Positions 1 to 9,964 of a stretch of 64,000 nucleotides of DNA are shown here, piece after piece. The stretch covers positions 186,001 to 250,000 of the forward strand of contig JAXLNO010000033.1 in the NCBI GenBank assembly GCA_038087875.1, written 5' to 3'. Positions within the stretch are counted from its first letter, which is position 1; every line of letters starts with the position of its first letter. The notes beneath the pieces were generated by a model. The model was not told the origin of the DNA. It searched no databases and saw only the letters and a program-made list of their open reading frames with translations. Source of the stretch: Malacoraja senta. Its lineage: Eukaryota. Both the position numbers and the translations under genes were made by a program.

Positions 1-332
1 TGCTCCGGAATACGATCCAGGAAAAGTCTGTCTACTTAATAGAGAATTGGTTTCATGAAGATTACAGAGGGACGTGGTGGATTTTTCGGACTGGAGTTCT
101 GTGACTAATGGTGTGCGTCACGGATCGGTACTGCGCCCATTGCTGTTTGTTGTTTATAACAACGATTTGGATGACAATTTAGATGGCATAATTAGTACGT
201 TTGCAGGCGACACGAAAGTGTGTGGCATCGCAGATTAGAAGGTGGTTATCGAAAACTAAAGCAGGATCTTGATCAGTTGCGGAGGTGGCCCGAGGAATGG
301 TTAACATATTTTAGTACGAACAAGTGCGAGTT

Positions 333-1090
333 ACATAGAAACATAGAAACATAGAAATTAGGTGCAGGAGTAGGCCATTCGGCCCTTCGAGCCTGCACCG
401 CCATTCAATATGATCATGGCTGATCATCCAACTCAGTATCCCGTACCTGCCTTCTCTCCATACCCTCTGATCCCTTTAGCCACAAGGGCCACATCTAACT
501 CCCTCTTAAATATAGCCAATGAACTGGCCTCGACTACCCTCTGTGGCAGAGAGTTCCAGAGATTCACCAATCTCTGTGTGAAAAAAGTTCTTCTCATCTC
601 GGTTTTAAAGGATTTCCCCCTTATCCTTAAGCTGTGACCCCTTGTCCTGGACTTCCCCAACATCGGGAGCAATCTTCCTGCATCTAGCCTGTCCAACCCC
701 TTAAGAATTTTGTAAGTTTCTATAAGATCCCCTCTCAATCTCCTAAATTCTAGAGAGTATAAACCAAGTCTATCCAGTCTTTCTTCATAAGACAGTCCTG
801 ACATCCCAGGAATCAGTCTGGTGAACCTTCTCTGCACTCCCTCTATGGCAATAATGTCCTTCCTCAGATTTGGAGACCAAAACTGTACGCAATACTCCAG
901 GTGTGGTCTCACCAAGACCCTGTACAACTGCAGTAGAACCTCCCTGCTCCTATACTCAAATCCTTTTGCTATGAAAGCTAACATACCATTCGCTTTCTTC
1001 ACTGCCTGCTGCACCTGCATGCCTACTTTCAATGACTGGTGTACCATGACACCCAGGTCTCGCTGCATCTCCCCTTTTCCTAGTCGGCCA
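333..1090 (-). mobile_element. CR1-clade LINE (HER1-like), 5'-truncated 3' end, nested in an older CR1 remnant
   Basis: ORF 433..1206(-) encodes an uninterrupted CR1 ORF2 C-terminus (RDLGV..LYRVLVRPHLEYCVQFWSP..RRLRGDLIETYKI..TRGHSL..NLWNSLP). The 3' tail is (TTTCTATG)n, read as acatagaa repeats at ~333-357. Flanks 1-332 and ~1090-1210 are a degraded plus-strand CR1 RT region. Confidence 0.9.
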
Positions 1091-1859
1091 CTGTTGCAAT
1101 TTGGGTCGTGAATGCTGGATACGAGATTCAATGTCAATTGTAGGGTTTTGAGGATTGTTGTAAAATAGAGTGATCGAGGACTCCAGGTACATAGTTCCTG
1201 GAGCATGTTGTCACATGTAGATAGGGTTCCGACCCGAAATGTCGCCTACGCATGCTCTGCAGGGATGCTACCTGAACCGCTGTGATACTCCAACACTTTG
1301 TGTTTTTATAAACCGGCATCAGTTGGTCCTTGCGTTAAGGTACAGCAATGTATCCGTCGCTCAACTAATGTTATACCCGTTTTGGCAAGATTATTATCAT
1401 CATAATGCCATGCTAGGCAAATAGAGTATTGTTGTGAACACGCAGCGCCATAATTGTACGATGAGCGCCTAAACTCCAAGCAGATAATGCACCTGCAGAC
1501 TCTTCCTTCCGATTATGTTCTCTATCGCTCTCTGTGTGGAGTGTGCACGTTCTCTCTGCCACTGCGTTGATTTCTCTCGGGGGTACTGGAGCCACATTTG
1601 TCCAAAAGATACAATTGGTTGTCAAGGTGAATGGCTCCTGTGATATGGCCCAAATCCAGGTTGGCTACTGGATCATGAGCCGGCACTTGAATGGCATGCA
1701 ATGAGATGCATTGCATGGACAAGCAGACAGGTAAGGAACTGCAAGGTTTACCCTGACAAGCACCAGAGACTCGTTGGTCCGACTGGTGTCTCTGAACGAA
1801 ATATGCAATAATAGAATCTGCGAGGCAACGCCAAAGCCATTCATTCATTCAAAATTAAT

Positions 1860-2262
1860 TTTCAATTTCACCTGTACATTAAAAGCTATTTTTTGAATGA
1901 GAAAAGAAAATTGTACATTTTTAAATTCGGCTCAAGTTTTTTCTGTTACACCCCATAAAGATACTTGTAAGATGGAGACACCTCAGCATGTGCCCGGAAT
2001 GTTCGGCTTTGTTAAATGGATTGTTATAATCTTTTGCTAAAAGCTGGTCGCCGATTAAACTCATCAACCACACGAAATTTAACATCCACATTACTACGAA
2101 TCGGGCAGATATGGCTAGCAATAGAATGATGGACTTCCTTCTGTTCTCCACCTCTTGATCCGCTTGTCCTTCGTGTTCTCGCGGAGACCGCTGCTCACTC
2201 TGCTGGCTTGTATAATATCCCTGACAGTCAAGGCGTTGAGAACCATTAATTAAAAAATTGGA
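1860..2262 (-). pseudogene. Relic 3' half (TM5-TM7) of a GPR139-like receptor paralog
   Basis: The minus strand reads ..MVLNALTVRDII..ASRVSSGLRE.. and then DQEVENRRKSIILLLAISARFVVMWM..DYNNPFNKAEHSGHMLRCL, homologous to the intact genes but frameshifted. No 5' half is seen; a SINE remnant lies at ~2290-2460. Confidence 0.85.
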
Positions 2263-3076
2263 TTTGCATGCACTGTGACCGCCATTTTGTACTTCGGGTG
2301 CTCTGTTTTCTTTCCGCATTCCAAGGACGTGCGAGTCCATCGGTTAATTGGCCTCTATGAATTGCCCATCGTGTGCAGGGAGCTCCTGTAAAATATAATA
2401 CTAATTTGAATGGGTGATCGATGGTCGGCGTAGACTCGGTGGAATTGTTTTGTTGGTGTATATTTCAATCAATGTAATCAACATTCCTCTCCCTCAGAAC
2501 TTTCCAACAACTGCCATGCCACTGACAGTAGAATTATCCCCGCTGTCATCCTTGCATAACGATACTACATTCGTTGTTCTCCGGGTATCGTGAACATTGT
2601 CTGCTGTCAGCGAACAAAAATGACACATCCACCATGTCCCCAACGTCTTCCCCCCTGCCTTCCAACGCTGCCCGTGCAACGCCTCACAAGGCCACTGGCA
2701 TCTATCCATGTTTAAACCTGCAATGATATATCATACCTGCTGAATAAATGATCACGTTCTTGACTTCCACTGCCTCTCCCTGAGTTATGCAAATGCAATA
2801 CCCCTCCCCACGTGAGGTCAGATGGAATGTCCGTATTTAAGAGCACATCCACATAATCTGGCCGCTAATGGTCCCTAATTGTCCCCTGGTTATCATCTTG
2901 CCCTGAATGTATTATCACGACTTGTTCTGTGTCTTAGTCATATCCGCATAGATATGATCCCTCTTTTCCCTGCTACTTCATTTAGAAGTTATCTTGTACA
3001 CTTTGTGCAGTCTTGTGATTGACAAACACGTCCAGTGTAGATTGGTAAAAAAAAGGTTGAGAACGGATGCAGCTGA

Positions 3077-3998
3077 TACAATACAATACAATCAGTTTTA
3101 TTCGTCACATTGCACACAAGGTGCAAGTGAAATGAATTTGCCAGCAGCGGTACAATGATAACCGATAAACATAACAACAAAAAAATGCTTAACACAAACA
3201 TCCACCAGCGCATTCATCACTGTGGTGGAACGCACAAAATTTGGCCAGTCTTCCTCCATTTCCCCCCGTGGTCGGGACCTCAACCCTCCACAGTCGTCGC
3301 TGCGGGTGTCCAGATGTGCAGACAAGGTAAAAAGTCCAGGTAAGTCCTGAATCGGTGCTGCCCCACCGGAGACCGCGGCTTCAAGATGGTGTAGGCCGCA
3401 GTCCGGCGGTCGGAGAATAAAGTTCGCGCCGCAGCCAGACTGACTGGGCCGGCAGTCGGAGCTCCCCTCCAGGGATCCCCGGCGGGGGACCCCACCCCGC
3501 TCCTGATGGTAAGTCCCCGCCGCACCCGCGGTAGAAGTAGGCCCGGCGGTCCGGCGGTTGGAGCTCTTCTCCCCCCGGGTACCCCACGAGGGATCCCAGG
3601 CTGCGGACGCCGCGCCGGCCGGAGCTCTGCTGACCGCGGCTTCAGGCTGCCGTGGGCCAGCGAAACGGAGCGCTCCCCTCCGGCGAGCCCCAGCGAGGGC
3701 TCGCACGCTCCACGCCGAGAGTCCACGCTGCGCCCACCGCTGAAGCCCCGGGCACGTCTCCGGGAAAGGCCGCACCGATCCTTGCTGTTAGGCCACGGGG
3801 GAGGCGACATGAAAAAAGTTGCCTCTCCGTGGAGGAATCGACCGAAGCGGTTTCCCCTTACCCCCACGCACCACCCCTCACACAAAACACACAGAGAAAC
3901 ATTAAAAACCCACATTAGGACATACTAAAAAACCATAAAACGTAGAAAGAACTAACGCGCTGCTAGCCGGGCGACCGGCTTGCAGCGCCCCCACCGAC
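3077..3998 (-). mobile_element. GC/CpG-rich non-autonomous retroelement with a Rex1-like (ATTGT)n tail
   Basis: The plus strand begins tacaatacaatacaatcagttttattcgtcacattgcac, an antisense 3' tail with AATAAA plus a pentanucleotide repeat. A sharply bounded GC-rich body follows, with no recognisable protein. Confidence 0.5.
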
Positions 3999-4419
3999 CG
4001 AATTGGTCGATGTGTTCCCCTCTGTGCTGTACGACGCTGTGTCTAAGTGGGTCTCTAACTGTACACTCCCTCTTTTTTTCAAACACTGTCTGACACTGTA
4101 TCCACTTTGGATCCTACATTTTCTGAGTCCATATGTCTCCACCATCAATGTCAGTTATTTCAGGTGATCTCGTCTGAAAATATTACAATATTGTACCACG
4201 TCACTAAGGAACACTGTGCAACTGGATCTGATATCGAGACAGTCACCCAGTCACGAAGACAAAGAGAGATACAACTCCGTAGAGGCAACTGTGGAGGCCT
4301 CAATAGGCCTGAATTTGGGTGAACTGGGGTTGGGGACTGGACATTGTGCCTCCCCCCACAGTGGTAATCATTGTGGGGGGATGATTTTGTGTGTAATGTA
4401 TAGTGTCTATGTTAGTCTA

Positions 4420-4660
4420 TGTCCAAGATGGCGGTCGGAGGGGAGAGTGGACGCTGGCGCGCTTTAGCAGCCGCTGCTCTCTCTTCCATAGTGTGTTTTT
4501 GATTTTTGTTTTTGGATTGAATTTCTGGCTTTAATTTGTGTGCTCGTGATGTCTTTAATATTTATTTCATTCCGCTTACATGTTAAACTTTGTAAGGTGT
4601 CCTTGAGACTTTTGAAAGGCGCCCATAAATAAAATTTATTATTATTATTATTATTATTAT
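4420..4660 (+). mobile_element. Short retroelement with an L2-type 3' end
   Basis: Ends tgtaaggtgtccttgagacttttgaaaggcgcccataaataaaatt(tat)n, the L2-like terminal stem-loop plus (TTA)n tail. Confidence 0.55.
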
Positions 4661-5589
4661 ATACTGCATGGGAACGTACATTAACTCGGTAGCCTATTGT
4701 TATTGCTCGAAAGACGAGCATGGCAATCGTCGCCTCGGCCCACCGAGTCAATGCCGACCATCCGTCGCCCGTTCGCACTAGTTCTATGTCATCCCACTTT
4801 CTCGTCCACTCTCTATATACTACGGACTATTTACTGAGGATAATTAACTTACAACCGGCAAATCTTTGGAATGTGAGACGGAAACCGGAACACCCGGAGC
4901 AACCCCACGCGGTCGCAAGAGGAGCGGGTAAATTCCATAGGGACAGCACTCAAGGTCAGAATCGATCTCGGATCTCTAGCGCCTTCAGATGTAGAAGCCG
5001 CTCTGACATACAGCTCGAAGGTCGCCGTGACCTTATTAAGGGGGAATGTGGTTCTAATCGGTCATCCTATCCAGATTCTATTTCATTATACAGATTGCTC
5101 ATGCTCCCTTTTGGTAAAGAAGAGAGTCATTTGCATGGTTAACCTTTCCTTACACATATCCCCTACCCCCTCCCCCAGCCGCCCAGCAACGTTGTTGGAA
5201 ATTACCTCTGCTTCTAGCAACTGTATCCGTTACATGGTGACCATTGTACACAGCACGTTACTGTGTCTAAAGAAGTGTCCTGAACCGAAATGTCACCTAT
5301 CTAAGTTTTCAGGTGATGCCGTCTGACCCATTGAGTAACTCCAGCAGATTATGTCTTTTGTGTAACCAGTATATGAAGATCCTTGTGTATAGTACCAATG
5401 GCTCCAATTCTACTTGTTAACTGCCCTCATAATTGCTGTTTTGCAAACAAATATGGTATATGCAGTGATATAATTCTGCAATGACGGCCTTATTTGCCAG
5501 TCGATAATGCACCCCCAGACTTCTTCCCATCCTGACCTATGTGAAGATTTCGCACGTTCTCCCTGCCACCTTTGTAAATTCTGTTTTAT

Positions 5590-5897
5590 TTTATTTTATT
5601 TTGGAGATACAACGCGGAAACATGCCGCTCGGCCCGTCCAAACCTCGCGGACCAGCGATCCACGCATACTAACTCTGCCCTATACAAACGAGGGACAATT
5701 TACAATTTTGAAAGCCAATTAGCGGAAAAACCGGTAGTTTTTTGGAGTGTGGGAGGAATCCGGAGCTCCCGGACACATCCCGCACAGGTCACGGGAAGAA
5801 CGTACAAGCTCCTACAAACAGCACCCGCAGTCAGTTTCAAACCCATGTCTCTGGCGCTGTAAGGCAGCAATTGTACCGCTTCGCCACCGTGCCGCCG
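5590..5897 (-). mobile_element. tRNA-derived V-SINE (HE1-like)
   Basis: The minus strand starts gcggcacggtggcgaagcggtac..gctgccttacagcgccagagacatgggtttgaaac (A/B-box head), followed by the V-domain-like core ..gagcttgtacgttcttcccgtgac..ccgggagctccggattcctcccacactcc. Confidence 0.75.
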
Positions 5898-6066
5898 CTC
5901 TTGGGAGCACAGATTTCATCCATTATGGCAGAGTAAAAGGACTCTGTTATATGACGTACGGAAAAGAATGGAACTAAAGTGATTAGTCAAACAAGCGCCA
6001 TGGTTCGAATGCTATCTCGGAAAGAAGGATGCAACAATAAACATGATAGACAACGACATTTTGAAA

Positions 6067-7001
6067 TTAATGGTCAGTTTCACCGAAACATCGAAAACAC
6101 TTTATTGATTTCGAACAGAAGACTAATGGGCTTTTAATCACATTTTTACATTCTTCCCTGAATTTGTTCTGTGACACCCCATAAATAAACGTGTTGGTGC
6201 AGGCACTCAGACATCTCAGCATATATCCGGACTGTTCTGCAATGGTAAATGGGTCGTTGTAATCTGTTGCTAAAAGCTGGACGTCCATGAAGTACACACT
6301 GATGAAACACACGAAGGTAACCATCCACAGTAGTACGAAGCTACCGGATATGGCCAGCAATAGAATTATGGACTTTCTTCTGTTCTCCACCTCCTGATCT
6401 GCGCCGCTCTCGTCCTTCGTGTTCCCTCGCATACCACTCCTCACTCTGTTGGCGTGTATAATGTGTCTGATTGTAAGGGCGTTGAGGAGCACGATCAGTA
6501 AAATTGGTGCCAATGGTGGTAGGATGGGTTCGACGGACCAATATGCGATCCATAACGGTGATGTGTAGAAATCTGAGGTTACACCACAGGACCAAGCTAC
6601 GTTGTCGACTATTTCCCGAGGTACGTACACAAAATATATTGGGACATTTTGTATAATACTTAAGATACACGTCACTGCTATCACCAAAGACGCAGTTTTC
6701 TCAGTGCACAATTTTGCTCGTAACTTCGGATTACAGATGGTGAAAAATCGATCGATAGTGAAAGTCACCGTTAGCCAGACCGAGCAATCAACGAAAATCA
6801 ACATAATGGTAATGTACACGCTACAAATAGAGGTTAGGTTGAGGAATGAATACGGAAAATAGCCAACAATAATCTCGTAGAAAATTACCTCGAAGATCAG
6901 AACCATTAAGTCAGTTACGGCCATGGATACCAGATAGCGGGTGATACATTTGGAGAGTCCACACTTTCCCCGGGAGAGAATGACGATTGCCAACAGGTTC
7001 G
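6067..7001 (-). CDS. GPR139/GPR142-like class A GPCR, gene A, coding exon 2 (spliced protein 334 aa)
   Basis: Acceptor ttttctacAG|cgaac at 7002/7001, then an open frame to TAA at 6067. Hydrophobic segments carry N1.50 (PANL), MAVTD (D2.50), the TM3/ECL2 cysteines, DRF, FVLLW and NTFIY, plus helix 8 KFREE. Confidence 0.93.
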
Positions 7002-7272
7002 CTGTAGAAAAGGCAAGATTAATATAACCAACATTCATTGTTGCAAGAGAACTTTAGCTTGACAGTTCTTCGCATGAAAGTGAATGGGTTATTCGTTTCA
7101 TTTCCATCGTGTCGCCCACACGGCCCTTTTCATCGTGTTGACAACACAACAGAATCACATCTGTTTCTGAAAATGTGGTCTTGAAGAGTAAGAGTCAAAG
7201 TAACTCAAGCAACATATTGGAACGGTAAAACCTAGACGTTGGAACATCGGCAGAAAACAATAAAGAGCTTAC

Positions 7273-7342
7273 CAGGAATGCCGATGATGGCAAGGATAGG
7301 GTAGAAAATGTTTTCTACCTGGTTGAGTACCGGCAATTCCAT
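7273..7342 (-). CDS. Gene A coding exon 1 (MELPVLNQVENIFYPILAIIGIP + first base of Ala)
   Basis: ATG at 7342 (ggcATGg), 70 nt long, donor cctG|GTAAG at 7272. The 271-nt phase-1 intron joins in frame to exon 2. The same exon is seen in four paralogs. Confidence 0.9.
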
Positions 7343-7570
7343 GCCCAGAGAACATCGACGTTTACTGCCGTAGTGTGACAGGTCGATTACTTTTAAAGTT
7401 AGTGGCATATTCCCCTGAGAAAGCACATGACGACATATCAAGGCGAATTAATTGGAATAAATGTCAATCATTTAAACAAACAATGTTAGTTAGATTACGT
7501 TTGTACAGCTAATTATGGAATTGCGTAATAACTGCCAGCAAAGTCGGGTTTTCTACCAAAATAGATATTG
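7343..7570 (-). promoter_or_regulatory. Putative proximal promoter/5'UTR cassette of gene A
   Basis: Alignable upstream of all five paralogs. Motifs include TGCTGGCAGTT, TTGTTTAAATGA, CCTTGAT, GTCATGTG, TCTCAGGGGA and a TATA-like TTTAAAA ~55 nt before the ATG. Confidence 0.6.
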
Positions 7571-7699
7571 CTTCATTATGATATAGAAAATAGCTAGAAT
7601 TATGTAGGAATATATACTTCTTAATCTATTTGGACTCTCTATTTCCTGCGGTAATGTAATGTTGAATTATCCATGAATATACATGTGCTTATCTAAAAC

Positions 7700-8420
7700 A
7701 AGTTTGCACGTCACTTACATTTGCGCAACCTTCATCCCTATTTACGCGTTCCAGGTTCCAGGCATAAGATTTGACCGCGGTTCCCTTAAACGTTGACCCG
7801 CTCACTTTAAGCCCCAGAGTTATCACCAACGTGGCAAACGTTTCTGACTAACTATTTCATATATGCCTCTCATGATTTTATATATTTATATCATGACTCA
7901 CTTCAACCATCAGCATTCCAGAGAAAGCAATCCCGGATTGTCCATCTTCTCCTGAGAGCTAATGCAGCCAAATCCAGGTCGCAAACCAGTAAAACACTTC
8001 CACAACCATTCCAAAGCCTACACGTTATTGCTGTAAGCGGGAAACCTGAACTGCACACAACACTCAAAATGAGGCTCAACACTCCAAAATGAGCATCATG
8101 CCTTTGTGACCTGTGTAATCAAAGCCCGCTCAATGAAGGCAAGCATTCTATATGCCTTTTTAAAATATTCTTTCTACTTGTGTTGGCGCTTTCAGGGAGC
8201 TAAGGTTCTGGACCCTAACACCGTTCTGCACATCAGTGCTGTTAAAAGTCTTGCCATCCATCTTATACCTTCCCCTGACATTCACCTCCTAAAATGCAAC
8301 AATTCACAGTTGCCGGGATTGAAATCCATCTGCCATTCCCCCGCCAGTTTCTGCAGCTGATCTGTATCCCAGTATGATGTTTAACAACCTTCCTCGCTGT
8401 TAGCAACTCTAGCATTGTTG
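7700..8420 (-). mobile_element. Old CR1 remnant shared by the duplication unit
   Basis: Degenerate CR1 ORF2 3' region, homologous (inverted) to 35550-36300 and 48300-49060 upstream of genes D and E. Confidence 0.65.
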
Positions 8421-9141
8421 CTTCGTGTAAACCGACAACCAACCCGTCCCCTGCGATGTCTGTGTCAATACCAGCAAGACGCAGGAGCTGATTATTAACT
8501 TCAGGAAGCACAAGCCCATTTAGCTTCAATAATGTGAAGGTGGAAATAATTGTGAGCTTCAATTTTTAACGCATTGATATAATCAATGATCTGCATAGAC
8601 CAAACACGTTGATGGGACAGCCAAGAAGGCACACCGAAACATCTACTTCCATCGGGGACTAATGTCTCTAATGACACTTACAATCTACTGCAGATGCATC
8701 AAAAGAAGCATTCAGTCTGGTTGCGTCACAACATGGTTTGGGAACATCTCTGCCCAAGATCGCAACTCCTCCCAAATGGGAGTAAATCCTACGCCGAATA
8801 ATTCTCTCCAATATTTTCCCTACAACTGACGTGAGGCCATCGGCTTCTCGTCCTCTGATTCTCTCTACTTCTCTTATTATACTCTGTAATCTGTAATACT
8901 CTGTAATCCTCCCTGAACTAGCATATAGCAAGAGAAGAACTAAAGATCCTCGACGTCCTCGCGATCTCTTGCTTCTTTCATTAACCCTGCAAAGATCCCA
9001 TTAGGTCCTACCACATACTTAATCCTGACATACGCTTATTTTTCTGCCTGAATAGGTTTACACACCTTGCCATCCTTATCCACCCCCCCCCCGCCCTTAC
9101 TGGAACATGCTGCTCCTGGCTTTGGACAGACCCCCACGTGT

Positions 9142-9964
9142 AGAGTATAGAAGAGAGATCGAGCAACTGTCCATATGGTGCCAGCACAACAACCTGGCCC
9201 TCAACACCAGCAAAACCAAGGAACTGATTGTGGACTTTGGAAGGAGTAGGATGGGGACCCACAGTCCCGTTTATATCAACGGGTCGATGGTTGAAAGGGT
9301 CAAGAGCTTCAAATTCCTGGGCGTGCACATCTCTGAAGATCTTTCCTGGTCCGAGAACAATGATGCCATTATTAAGAAAGCACATCAGCGCCTCTACTTC
9401 CTGAGAAGATTACGGAGAGTCGGTTTGTCAAGGAGGACTCTCTCTAACTTCTACAGGTGCACAGTAGAGAGCATGCTGACCGGTTGCATCGTGGCTTGGT
9501 TCGGCAACTTGAGTGCCCTGGAGAGGAAAAGACTACAAAAAGTAGTAAACACTGCCCAGTCCATCATCGGCTCTGACCTCCCTTCCATCGAGGGGATCTA
9601 CCACAGTCGCTGCCTCAAAAAGGCTGGCAGCATCATCAGGGACCCACACCATCCTGGCCACACACTCATCTCCCTACTACCTTCAGGTAGAAGGTACAGG
9701 AGCCTGAAGACTGCAACGACCAGGTTCAGGAACAGCTACTTCCCTACAGCCATCAGGCTATTAAACCTAGCTCGGACATAACACTGAACTTTACTAGCCA
9801 ATACTGTTATTTGCACTTTATCAGCATATTGACCATTGTGTATATATTTATAGAATGCCTTGTAGTAAATGCCTACTATGTTCTGTTGTGCTCAAGCAAA
9901 GCAAGAATTTCATTGTCCTACCAGGGACACATGGCAATAAACTCACTTGACTTGACTTGACTTG
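9142..9964 (+). mobile_element. Rex1/Babar-type LINE, 5'-truncated, young copy
   Basis: ORF 9107..9781 is an intact RT C-terminus (WCQHNNLALNTSKTKELIVDF..FKFLGVHI..KKAHQRLYFLRRL..LPSGRRYRS). AATAAA is followed by a (CTTGA)n tail. Candidate TSD acgtgt at 9136-9141 and 9965-9970. Confidence 0.9.

Noticed and set aside
3098..3928. Overlapping 140-225 aa Arg/Gly/Pro-rich ORFs on both strands
   Set aside because: An artefact of a GC-rich repeat element with few stop codons; no domain or splice structure.
7002..7038. Single-exon starts MNVG.. suggested by the ORF track (7038, 41094, 51028)
   Set aside because: They lie in the intron pyrimidine tract, are GTG in E and out of frame in B, and would lack most of TM1. 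The spliced exon 1 is conserved with canonical GT/AG sites.
7343..7408. In-frame upstream ATG that would extend the N-terminus of A (and D)
   Set aside because: It is out of frame in E, absent in B and C, and lies upstream of the TATA-like element, so it is probably not transcribed.
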